Source: Dehalococcoidia bacterium
GTDB lineage: Bacteria; Chloroflexota; Dehalococcoidia; SZUA-161; JAUWZY01
Direction of reading: 5' to 3'
Length of the DNA stretch: 64,000 nt
NCBI GenBank assembly: GCA_034414595.1
Contig: DAOULY010000017.1
Coordinates: 75,068 to 139,067 of the forward strand
Positions 1 through 8,168 of the stretch are shown here, one piece after another (position 1 is the stretch's first letter; every line of letters starts with the position of its first letter). Under the pieces are notes generated by a model. The model was not told the origin of the DNA, did not search any database, and saw only the letters and a program-made list of their open reading frames with translations. Position numbers and translations under genes: made by a program.

Positions 1-115
1 AATCTATCACTCTAAAGTAAGAAATCACCTCGGAGACATTGACGAGCTTAAACCAGGCGAACAGCAGTATCGCCCCGAGTATGATGCCAATAATGAGATT
101 TCGATACTTCTTCAT
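1..115 (-). CDS. Partial CDS (5' end only, continues left out of the window): membrane protein N-terminus, possibly flippase-like / UPF0104 (LPG-synthase-TM type)
   Basis: Too short for the ORF track. Reverse strand from ATG (115-113) reads MKKYRNLIIGIILGAILLFAWFKLVNVSEVISYFRVID: a basic N-terminus followed by a TM helix. Family guess is pattern recognition only. Confidence 0.35.
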   Translation of the reverse strand, partial: MKKYRNLIIGIILGAILLFAWFKLVNVSEVISYFRVID

Positions 116-182
116 CTAGACAAGCTTTGCGCTTTGAAAGAGAGTGAGTGCAATGAGCATAAGATATGTTAAGGCTCCAATT

Positions 183-230
183 TTCAAAGCCAAGAGAAAA
201 CAGACATCATCCTTTTCTCTTGGCTTTGAA
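183..230 (-). terminator. Perfect 18-bp stem / 12-nt loop hairpin just downstream of the DUF362 gene stop
   Basis: TTCAAAGCCAAGAGAAAA (183-200) pairs perfectly with TTTTCTCTTGGCTTTGAA (213-230). It lies 16 nt after the stop at 246. No clear U-tract follows on the minus strand, so it is not a canonical intrinsic terminator. Confidence 0.4.
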
Positions 231-245
231 GCAACGCCATTAGTT

Positions 246-1373
246 TTATAGCTTGGCAAAAGCCTCAAGAACATCCTCGGGCTGGGGGGGACAGCCTTTA
301 ATCCAAATCAGATTGTGCGTCTGCGCTAGCTCCTTAGTGCACTTGCCCAAGCAGATTATCTTGCCATGCCTCTCCGGCACCGTAGCGTGACGACCGGAAA
401 CGATGTCTAACCTGCCGATAAGAACATAGTAAGCAAGCTTGGGGCCGTACCTCAAAGCCTTTTGGGGAGAACTCATTATTTGCTTGACTGCCGCTTCGAG
501 TCCTTGTCCACACATGCTACAAGCATAAGGGTCCCTCCAGTTGGTAAACCTGAATCTGCGGTAGTATTGCTCGTTAGCCCTCTGGAAATTCAGTCTCACC
601 TCGTCAATTGGAGGGCCTTCGACCTCGGGATCGATGGTGCCGACATCTGCCTCAGCCGCCAGCCTGATATGCTCCACCTGTAATGGGTCTATACCCATCA
701 CTCTACAGGCCACCGCATCAGCAGCAACTATGTCCTCGCTGACGATTAATATGTCGGACTCGATCGAATGTCCTGAGTATAACGGTCCGTCACCTTCCAC
801 GCCACCGATGCCATCGATGATGGTCAAGTTGGGGGTAATTGCTTTGGCTATCTCAGCAATAGGCGCGTGCAAGCCCTCTTTGTGAATAAACTTCTTGTAG
901 CCTGCCTTAAGTAGCCCTTTTTGATTCTTCAAACCCAACGTCACTGTTGTGTTCATATGAGTCTTTAGTTTAGCCATATTAATGTAATAAGACTCGGTGA
1001 TTATCTCGGGAACCCGCAGTTTCCCATACTTCCACGGGTAAGCTATTGTCTTCTCCTGGTTCAAATCTAGCAGTGTGATGCTGTAGTCGCGGGCTAGTTT
1101 CCTGAATCCACTGACCTCAAATGCCTGCTCAGCATCCACCAACAGCCCGGGGGCTTCTCCGATGACAATGTCCGTGATGCCTCTGCGACTAAAATAGTCA
1201 ATCACCACCCGCGCTAGTGAGGGATTACTCACAATTGCTGTTTTCGGGTGGGCCGCAACAACTATATTGGGCTTAATGAAGACGCGCCTTGAATCCACAT
1301 GAGGACTTACCTCATTTAACAACCTGTATAGGTCGTCGTGGTTTCTAGTCTTTTGTAAATAAACCTTACTCAC
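246..1373 (-). CDS. DUF362 domain-containing protein (putative Fe-S binding)
   Basis: 375-aa ORF. N-terminal RVFIKPNIV and GEAPG motifs are typical of DUF362. The C-terminal part is Cys-rich (CSMCGQG, CLGKC, GCPP). Confidence 0.55.
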   Translation of the reverse strand: MSKVYLQKTRNHDDLYRLLNEVSPHVDSRRVFIKPNIVVAAHPKTAIVSNPSLARVVIDYFSRRGITDIVIGEAPGLLVDAEQAFEVSGFRKLARDYSITLLDLNQEKTIAYPWKYGKLRVPEIITESYYINMAKLKTHMNTTVTLGLKNQKGLLKAGYKKFIHKEGLHAPIAEIAKAITPNLTIIDGIGGVEGDGPLYSGHSIESDILIVSEDIVAADAVACRVMGIDPLQVEHIRLAAEADVGTIDPEVEGPPIDEVRLNFQRANEQYYRRFRFTNWRDPYACSMCGQGLEAAVKQIMSSPQKALRYGPKLAYYVLIGRLDIVSGRHATVPERHGKIICLGKCTKELAQTHNLIWIKGCPPQPEDVLEAFAKL

Positions 1374-1391
1374 TGTTGCCTATCTTTCGAG

Positions 1392-2237
1392 TTAAATTTC
1401 GGATAGAACATAAAGGTGATGCGCTTGGAATAGTCGAAACCATTGAGGTAAGGAGGCATCTAGGCCAATAGTGAAAGAAAGCATGCGTGATTGTTCGCTG
1501 CCTTCCCTCTCCTCGAGCCTCCATTCCCATTTTCTCCCAACGATTGAAAGAATCCTCTTCAGTTCTCCTCGTAGCGGCATGTCCCAGGTATCCATGCAGG
1601 GGGGAATATCAATAGCCCCTGCCTCTAACACTCCTAGACCATTTCTTCTCACTGAGGCCAGAATCCCTTTCATAGTCATCAGATTCAGACGCCCGTGATC
1701 CCATTTCAATCGGTGAAACTTATGGTAAAGCCTGTGAATCGGCGTGCCGGAATTGTAGCGGTTCTGTGTTATTAGCAATATATATTTGCCGGATACTCTC
1801 TTCATCTCAGCAACCAAGATGTCTGGGTCTGTGAATCTTTCAAAGATGCAATAATTCCAGACTAAATCGAAATGCCGATCGGGGAAAGGGAGCCTATCAA
1901 CCTCGCAATGGGCAAATCTCACTCGATCGATTAACCCTTTTTGTTCCCAAACCTCCTTAGCTTTGTCTAGCAGCCGCTGTGATGGACTTGTCAACCAGAC
2001 GTCAGCGCCATTGCGAGCAAATTCAAGGCTACCAATGCCGGGCACGCCGGTTACGCCATCAGCCGGTGTCTCCAAGACGGATTGTATGCCATATTTGCCT
2101 TGGATAGTCCGGAAATAGTCATTTATTACTATTCTCTCATAGACTGTGCCTATCCCTTCGTCAAAATCCGGGGGGGCATTGGCTGTGTTTCGTTCGATAA
2201 ACGTGAGAAATTCCTCTCTTTCCAGTTTGGTTATCAT
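1392..2237 (-). CDS. Class I SAM-dependent methyltransferase-like protein
   Basis: 281-aa ORF. Rossmann-like block VLETPADGVTGVPGIGSLEFARNGADV and FDLVWNYCIFERF...EMKRVSGKYILL resemble Methyltransf_11-type folds. Confidence 0.5.
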   Translation of the reverse strand: MITKLEREEFLTFIERNTANAPPDFDEGIGTVYERIVINDYFRTIQGKYGIQSVLETPADGVTGVPGIGSLEFARNGADVWLTSPSQRLLDKAKEVWEQKGLIDRVRFAHCEVDRLPFPDRHFDLVWNYCIFERFTDPDILVAEMKRVSGKYILLITQNRYNSGTPIHRLYHKFHRLKWDHGRLNLMTMKGILASVRRNGLGVLEAGAIDIPPCMDTWDMPLRGELKRILSIVGRKWEWRLEEREGSEQSRMLSFTIGLDASLPQWFRLFQAHHLYVLSEI

Positions 2238-2339
2238 TTCTCATTCCTCCGAGTGAGAAGAGTCTTTATAAAAACAGCAAATACGAACACCGTGCTCAAG
2301 ACATAAAGAAATAGCCAAATGGCCAATGATACAGTCTTC

Positions 2340-3521
2340 CTAAGAAGAACCACCAGCTCCTCCAAGCTCTGTAACCTTCGTACCTTGAGAGAAAAGTACC
2401 CAGCTTCCCACCCTAACCAACGTTCTGAAGTGCATTAACATGTTGGTGTACGAGGCATTAGCTAAAGGGCAATAGCACTCCCCAAGCTTAATCCTCGATC
2501 TCAGTTCCTGTGCCTTTGAGTTAAACCACACTTTCCCAAAGTCGTAGCCGACTTCTCGTAGGTTTCCCATCGGTTCTGCTTTTATGCAACAAGCCCAAAC
2601 ATCGCCATCCGGAGCTATGTGAGCTGAAGCAAAGCCGGCATAGCAGGGAATGATCTGGCGTTTCTTGACCAGCACTTCCTCAACCATGCGATAATAATGG
2701 ATACGAAATGCTTGAGTAATCTTGGATATACGCGTAGACTCATGACACCGTATTTTCGGTAGTAAATAATCAATTGCCTTGGTGTAGCTTTTGGGGGAAG
2801 GGGTTATATCGTCTTCTATAGTACACAATTCGACACGCTGTTCGGCAATCTCTGTGATATATGAATCGGGACTGAGCTCGGTCATCACATATTCAAATAT
2901 ATCAGGGATTAAGCTGATATTATACTTTGAAATCACAGTGTGGATGCCCAGTTGAAGATTGTTGTATCTTAACTCTCGCAGGGCATCATAGGTGGTCATT
3001 GCCTTTTCCCAGTTTCCTGGGACTCCCCTAATTTCATCGTGGTTCGAGCCAACGCCATCCAAAGAGAGATTTATGATGATGTTGGTTTTGGGGCAATACT
3101 CTGCAATCTGTCCAACTTGCTCCGGTATAGTATTGCAAAGTAGACCATTTGTCGGAATGTTTATGATACCCGGACAGCAGTTAGCGTAGATGCTGCGGCA
3201 GATATCGACGAGGTCTTTCCTGAGGAACGGCTCGCCCCCGCTGATGGTAAACCAATACGGTGCTTTGCCAAGCGATCTGAAGGTTAGCTCAAGTTCCGCA
3301 AGCGAGAGATCGTCTGCTTTTCTCTTCCACACATGGCATGTCTTACACCTTGAATTGCAAGCGTAAGTGACACTCAAGGTAACGTTGAGGGGCATTTTTC
3401 TCGGATAGCCTATTCCTCGAAATAGTCTATACTGCGGAATCTGTGTCAATAGACCTATCATCGTCGAAAGCCTTTGTTGATGATGCCACTTTCCAGACAT
3501 AGTGCTTCTTTTTCCCACCAT
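2340..3521 (-). CDS. Radical SAM protein with SPASM-like C-terminal Cys cluster
   Basis: CxxxCxxC motif CNSRCKTC near the N-terminus, GGEPFL glycine motif, and C-terminal cysteines (PCYAGF..., WACCIK, GECYCPLA). The annotated start overlaps the upstream GT2 by 95 nt. The true start is probably internal (Met at about 3500, 3461 or 3395). Confidence 0.75.
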   Translation of the reverse strand: MVGKRSTMSGKWHHQQRLSTMIGLLTQIPQYRLFRGIGYPRKMPLNVTLSVTYACNSRCKTCHVWKRKADDLSLAELELTFRSLGKAPYWFTISGGEPFLRKDLVDICRSIYANCCPGIINIPTNGLLCNTIPEQVGQIAEYCPKTNIIINLSLDGVGSNHDEIRGVPGNWEKAMTTYDALRELRYNNLQLGIHTVISKYNISLIPDIFEYVMTELSPDSYITEIAEQRVELCTIEDDITPSPKSYTKAIDYLLPKIRCHESTRISKITQAFRIHYYRMVEEVLVKKRQIIPCYAGFASAHIAPDGDVWACCIKAEPMGNLREVGYDFGKVWFNSKAQELRSRIKLGECYCPLANASYTNMLMHFRTLVRVGSWVLFSQGTKVTELGGAGGSS

Positions 3522-4347
3522 AGAAGTCCACCATGCCCAAAAATCTGGCCCAGAGTTCCAGCATGGCTACCACAGCAGTCCAAAAAACGGATCTGAGGTT
3601 TGGCTGAATACTCTGAATGGCCAACTTCGCAAGTCTCATTGAATTCATGGTCGAGACCTGATAGCGAGTTGTTCTCCGCACATAGAGGTGGCCGCAGTAA
3701 ATACGTCTCCGTTGTGACAGAAAATCGCTGAGGTTCTCCGGTCCTTTGTTGAGAACGCGGGCTTGAGGAACATACTTGATCTGATACCCTTTGTCCCGGA
3801 CGATCTGTTCAATAGAGGCCTCATCTACCGGCGTGTCGATTGGAATCTCGGCTACGATATTCCTAAAAGCAACAAGCTCACCTAGTTTGGGGTCGATGGA
3901 AGCTACTCTATGGTGCAGTTCCCATATAACGTTGGCAGTAAATCCCCAGAAGTGCCGCCGGTCATTCGTGGGAATTGGGCGACCGCCGGTCATTCCAACA
4001 TTGGGCTCAAGAAACGGCAAGCAAAGGTGCTCAATGGTATCTCTCTCGGGAACCGTATCAGCACTTTCTAAAACGCAAATCTCTCCGGTTGCATTTTGCA
4101 GAAATAAATTTATAGCTGAGGCTTTGCCTCTCCTCTCGGGCTCTTCAATCAGTGTAACGCGCGGGTCGGTTTGCTGCTGAGATCTGACAATTTCCGCTGT
4201 TCGGTCGGTGCACCCTGAAGCGACTACTATTATCTGGCTAATCTCAATTTGCTCTGTTTGCTGTGATTGCAGTCCTTGCAATAGCCTGCCGATGTTGGCC
4301 TCTTCATTATATGCACAGATGCCTATGCTCACCCGTAGTTCAGCCAT
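3427..4347 (-). CDS. Glycosyltransferase family 2
   Basis: 306-aa ORF. VSIGICAYNEEANIGRLL, VVASGCTDRT and ESADTVP (DxD-like) are classic GT-A/GT2 features. Confidence 0.8.
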   Translation of the reverse strand: MAELRVSIGICAYNEEANIGRLLQGLQSQQTEQIEISQIIVVASGCTDRTAEIVRSQQQTDPRVTLIEEPERRGKASAINLFLQNATGEICVLESADTVPERDTIEHLCLPFLEPNVGMTGGRPIPTNDRRHFWGFTANVIWELHHRVASIDPKLGELVAFRNIVAEIPIDTPVDEASIEQIVRDKGYQIKYVPQARVLNKGPENLSDFLSQRRRIYCGHLYVRRTTRYQVSTMNSMRLAKLAIQSIQPNLRSVFWTAVVAMLELWARFLGMVDFYGGKKKHYVWKVASSTKAFDDDRSIDTDSAV

Positions 4348-4656
4348 TCCTTACCTGCCTACCAGACTTGTCAAAACCCCGATCAGCAATTCTGCCCGCT
4401 GGAACAGCCGATCTTCTCATAGGCTTCCCGCTCACCAAAGGGCTTGCTTTAGCTCCTGATTCTTGTGCGACCTTGTTCTCGGCCTTATTTTCGGTCTTCT
4501 CTTTTTCCCTCACGATTATTCACACGCGACATCCCTTTGCGCTTTGAATGTATAGCTGAGAGCCACTTCATAGTCCGGTCGCTCTTCCAGCGCCGAAGCT
4601 CACTTTGGAACCTTTTGTGCTTAGCTGCCACCTGATTAAGGCTACTCTCACGAGCA

Positions 4657-4863
4657 CTACCTCTCTCTGGGGGTTCTCCTGCTAATTGCAGCTGCCACCG
4701 GTGCCACGATTAGCCAGAGCGCGATCGTAATCAACATGGCCAGAGGATAGCTTATGGTCTTTGCCTCGAAATGGGGAGCAACGATGCCCCAGAAGATCAT
4801 GGTCAGCCAGGAGCTGAAGAAGAAACCCATCACAGCCGTGGGAATAGCAAAGTAGTAACCCAT
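4657..4863 (-). CDS. Small hydrophobic membrane protein (2 predicted TM helices), hypothetical
   Basis: 68-aa ORF MGYYFAIPTAVMGFFFSSWLTMIFWGIV..., preceded by AAGGGAG about 8 nt upstream of the ATG. An alternative-frame ORF (4682-4885) looks non-protein-like. Confidence 0.4.
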   Translation of the reverse strand: MGYYFAIPTAVMGFFFSSWLTMIFWGIVAPHFEAKTISYPLAMLITIALWLIVAPVAAAISRRTPRER

Positions 4864-5102
4864 TCTCAGTCTCCCTTATACTCATATTTCAGGTGTCCTG
4901 CGCACTTCCTGTCGATGCCGACCGCTGGGTATCGGTTGTGTCACGTGGAGGTATAGCTGCCTTAGCAATGAAATAAGAGACGGCTGAGTGATCAGTGATT
5001 CCTTACTCTTGTGATCATCATTGCCCATATCAAGTACCTGTCGCTATACTAAATCTCTACAGGCTGATTGTCAATGCGGGAACTTGCCCGGAGTTGGCTC
5101 TA

Positions 5103-5270
5103 TCAACCAGTCCGACCTTTGAGCCATGCCTCAAAGAAAGCGGCCACCTTGAGATACCTCTCTATGGTGGAAGGCTGGATGTCCCGGCGCAGTAGCTCCT
5201 GGCGGTACTTCTCGAAGGCGCCCACGCCCTGAACATAACTCCACCTGCCCGCTTTGGCACGGACAGAATG
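5103..5270 (-). pseudogene. Possible remnant of a tyrosine recombinase/integrase N-terminal (SAM-like) domain, abutting the 3' end of rnpB
   Basis: The minus-strand frame reads ...SYVQGVGAFEKYRQELLRRDIQPSTIERYLKVAAFFEAWLKGRTG* (stop 5105-5103). There is no ATG, and the frame runs into rnpB. The xxSxxTIxxYLxxxxxFxxWL pattern resembles phage-integrase N-terminal domains. No catalytic domain follows. Confidence 0.3.
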
Positions 5271-5271
5271 G

Positions 5272-5655
5272 AGACCAAGCAAACCTATAAGCCGAGTCCT
5301 GTGCCCATCCTGAGATGGGTGGTGACCATTTATCTGGGATGATGGTTGCCCATCACCTCAAGCGGCCAACCCGAGGGCATAAACCGAGTCCGGGCGTCCT
5401 CCTGCCCTCCTATTTGGCCTTGCTCCGGATGGGGTTTGCCCGCCACCGATGTCGCCACCGGAGCGGTGAGCTCTTACCTCACCTTTTCACCCTTACCCTT
5501 CTTGCCCGTTCATAGGGCGAAAAAGGCGGTTTGGTTTCTGTGGCACTTTCCGAGGGTCACCCCTCCTGGACGTTATCCAGCATCCTGCCCGGCGGAGCTC
5601 GGACTTTCCTCGAGCAGGGCATCCTGCCCGCGGCCACCCGGTTTACTTGGTCAAC
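5272..5655 (-). ncRNA. rnpB: RNase P RNA, bacterial type A
   Basis: The reverse complement contains the conserved blocks GAGGAAAGTCCGAGCTCC (P4), GGTAAGGGTGAAAAGGTGAGGTAAGAGCTCACC, CATCCGGAGCAAGGCCAAATAGG and ACAGGACTCGGCTTATAGG. These closely match E. coli M1 RNA. Terminal P1 pairing is ACCAAGTAAACC / GGTTTGCTTGGT. Ends are approximate (+-10 nt). Confidence 0.93.
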
Positions 5656-5683
5656 AGTAGTTTACCATAAAAATTGTGTACCA

Positions 5684-6103
5684 TCAACGCTCGGATGCGT
5701 CCAGGCAATGTTTCGCCAGTTTGTGAGCTTCCCTATTTTGGCTCCGGGAGACAGGAGTGAGATAGAAGGAGTCAAATCCGTCGAGGAGCAGCCTGGCCTG
5801 CCGAAACAACGGCTTCAGGTGAGCCTTCTTCACTTGGTACTCGCCTTCGAGCTGCTTTGCCACTAATTCCGAATCCAAATTGATAACAACTCGTTCTGCA
5901 CCCAATTTCGAAGCCAACTCCAGGCCAGCGATAACAGCGCGATACTCCGCTTCATTGTTTGTGGCCACTCCGATGTGCTTGGAGAACTTGGCTGCCACCT
6001 TACCTGCCCCATCACGTATCAGCACACCTATAGCTGCTGGCCCTGGGTTCCCCAGGCATGAGCCGTCGACATAGAGGACTAAGTATTTTCCCGCGGCGTT
6101 CAT
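5684..6103 (-). CDS. Ribonuclease HI family protein (RNase H type 1 fold)
   Basis: 139-aa ORF. YVDGSCLGNPGPAA, NNEAEYRAVIAGLELA, VINLDSELV and NREAHKLA give a DEDD-type RNase H signature. Confidence 0.8.
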   Translation of the reverse strand: MNAAGKYLVLYVDGSCLGNPGPAAIGVLIRDGAGKVAAKFSKHIGVATNNEAEYRAVIAGLELASKLGAERVVINLDSELVAKQLEGEYQVKKAHLKPLFRQARLLLDGFDSFYLTPVSRSQNREAHKLAKHCLDASER

Positions 6104-6106
6104 AGT

Positions 6107-6808
6107 TCACTCCAGATATAAGATGCGGCCGCAATTGCTGCACCGCGCAAGCTCCTGCCCTGTTCTGGGCCGCTGCAGCGTTGACATGGGAAGGACCACC
6201 CGACACCCCAGGCACCTTCCTTGCCTGACCTTTGCGACTGCTATTCCTTGTTTCTCCTGGCGCAAAGCGCGGTAGAGTTCTAAGTGTTTCGGATGGATTT
6301 GAGCTGATACCAGAGCCTGCTTCTGATCTAACGCGGCCAGTTCTGTTTTTAACTGCTGCTGCTCTTGCTCCAATTGCTCTTGGTTCCGATGCCAATCTTG
6401 CTCTAACTCCTGCAGTTCACCTCTTTTCTCCTGGAGACTCTGCATGGTTGACTCCAAACCTTCCATAATATCAAGCAGACGGTCCTCACGCTCTCTTAGT
6501 TGTGCTTTGAGGTATTCTGCCTCCTGTTGCATGCTCAGCAGCTCCTTGGGGTTCCGCACCGAGCCCCCATAAAGCTTCTGCTCCAAAGGGGTGATCTTGG
6601 CCTTGAGGTCATCTATTTCCCATTCCATTGCTTTCTGCTTGTGCTCCAGCTCCGCTGCTTCACTTTGTTTCTCCGCTAAAGCATTACGGGCTTGGGCTAA
6701 GGCCTCATCTTGGCCTAATTGCTCTTCCACCTGCTTTAACGCCTCTCTTCTGCGCTCCTGCTCTAATTCGATCTCTTGCAGTTCATATAGCCACTGAATC
6801 ATGCTCAA
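6107..6808 (-). CDS. C4-type zinc-ribbon / coiled-coil protein (COG1579, DUF164-like)
   Basis: 233-aa ORF with a long heptad-rich E/Q/L coiled coil. C-terminal ...GRCLGCRVVLP...CSNCGRILY forms a CxxC...CxxC ribbon. Confidence 0.75.
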   Translation of the reverse strand: MSMIQWLYELQEIELEQERRREALKQVEEQLGQDEALAQARNALAEKQSEAAELEHKQKAMEWEIDDLKAKITPLEQKLYGGSVRNPKELLSMQQEAEYLKAQLREREDRLLDIMEGLESTMQSLQEKRGELQELEQDWHRNQEQLEQEQQQLKTELAALDQKQALVSAQIHPKHLELYRALRQEKQGIAVAKVRQGRCLGCRVVLPMSTLQRPRTGQELARCSNCGRILYLE

Positions 6809-6905
6809 TGTTGTCCATTTGGAGATAACAAAGCCCCATCAGCTTACGTTTGGCAATTATGATGCTACCACAACCGAGGGAGGGAGTAAATCTTTTGGAA
6901 AGTAT

Positions 6906-8135
6906 CTATTTCATTTTGTAGCTTTGGAACATCTCATCAAAGGCGGTAGCAACAGCAAAGCCGAACTCGGGATCGTTAGCCGTAGTATCTATCTCCCTTA
7001 CCTCAATCTCTGGCTTCAGCTTTTGCTTCAACCGCTCTGTAAATACTTTGTCGCACTCGGGGTCGTAAATTGAGCCTCCTTTACCACTGTACGGAGACCA
7101 TCCCCCTTGCAGTGGGATGAGAAATTTGACCGGCCCTTTCGCTTTGTTGAGCTTCTCAGCTATTCTGTCGGCTACCAGGGCTATCTCTTCAGGGCTGGTC
7201 CTTAACCCTGTTCTGACATCATCTTCTATTCTTTTCCTCTTTTCGTACCCAGGAATAGATTCGAGCCTGAGTGGGATTATGACTTCCACCCCGCAAGGCC
7301 CGATGATCTGAGGAAGGCCTCTTCTGCCAGCTACCTCTAACCTGTCAGGGCTCGCCTTTCTATCGCCGCCGCCAATCACCTCGTCGCTTATGGCACCGGT
7401 CGCTAAATCTATCACTCCCTGGAAAAAGCCCTGTTCTATTAGCTCTTCCATGGCCATATCGCCCTCGCCTACTCCGTGGAAGGCGATTACTTGATAGCCC
7501 CTTTGCTCCAGATATTCCTTGATAACTCTTGTCGCCCCTTCGGTAGCGAGCTCGCTGAGCGCAATTAGGGGCTGTTCTGTATTGAGGATGGGCAGCGGTG
7601 AGGCAGCGTCCAACATGCCGCAGATAGCGCCAGCAGCTCGGGAGAGAACATCCTTTATCATGAGATTAAGCCCTTCACCGAAATCTGCCACTGAGGGGAA
7701 GATAACTATATCCTTTGTGCCAATACATTCCGCAGCAAAGTCGCGCCACGTTGCCAAAGAGGTTACTATCAGCTTGGGCAAGCCAAAGGGTAATGTCTTC
7801 ATGACAGTTGAACCCATAAAGGCATTGCTGGCCCCGCCAACAGAGATCAATCCATCCAGTCTATCTGCGGAGAATAGCTCATTGGCCTTCTTTATAGCTC
7901 CGGCTGCCATTACAGGGAGCCCCCTCTTTATTGAAGCTCGGAGCTCCTCGATATTACTACCGCCAGCCTCGGCCACCTCTTCACAGCTGATATCGCCTTT
8001 TGTTGACGGCTGTTCTTTCAGGCTTAAGTCGATAACAATGACTTCACAGCCTCTATTCTCTATCTGTTGTTTTAGAAATGTTATTTCGTCTCCCTTACTG
8101 TCTAATGTACCAAGAATTACTATTGTCTTGGGCAA
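6906..8135 (-). CDS. UPF0261 / Tm-1-like ATP-binding domain protein
   Basis: 409-aa ORF. The N-terminus MPKTIVILGTLDSKGDEITFLKQQIENRGCEVIVIDLS is the typical UPF0261 start. Confidence 0.65.
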   Translation of the reverse strand: MPKTIVILGTLDSKGDEITFLKQQIENRGCEVIVIDLSLKEQPSTKGDISCEEVAEAGGSNIEELRASIKRGLPVMAAGAIKKANELFSADRLDGLISVGGASNAFMGSTVMKTLPFGLPKLIVTSLATWRDFAAECIGTKDIVIFPSVADFGEGLNLMIKDVLSRAAGAICGMLDAASPLPILNTEQPLIALSELATEGATRVIKEYLEQRGYQVIAFHGVGEGDMAMEELIEQGFFQGVIDLATGAISDEVIGGGDRKASPDRLEVAGRRGLPQIIGPCGVEVIIPLRLESIPGYEKRKRIEDDVRTGLRTSPEEIALVADRIAEKLNKAKGPVKFLIPLQGGWSPYSGKGGSIYDPECDKVFTERLKQKLKPEIEVREIDTTANDPEFGFAVATAFDEMFQSYKMK

Positions 8136-8168
8136 TTCACCTCCTGTGTGCCGGGTAAGAGCAGGAGC

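Noticed and set aside
4437-4600. Short, very basic ORF of 28-48 aa (…MKWLSAIHSKRKGMSRVNNREGKREDRK*) upstream of the GT2 gene on the minus strand
   Set aside because: It has no convincing RBS, low complexity and no recognisable family. This is more likely the 5' leader or promoter region of the GT2 operon.
5315-5660. Plus-strand ORFs of 66 and 104 aa (5315-5515, 5346-5660)
   Set aside because: They lie entirely antisense within the RNase P RNA gene. Their Pro/Gly/Arg/Ser-rich translations look like artefacts of a GC-rich structured RNA.
6012-6395. 127-aa minus-strand ORF overlapping the RNase H and zinc-ribbon genes
   Set aside because: It is an out-of-frame overlap with two genes that have clear family signatures, and its translation is Arg/Ala/Gly-rich and featureless.
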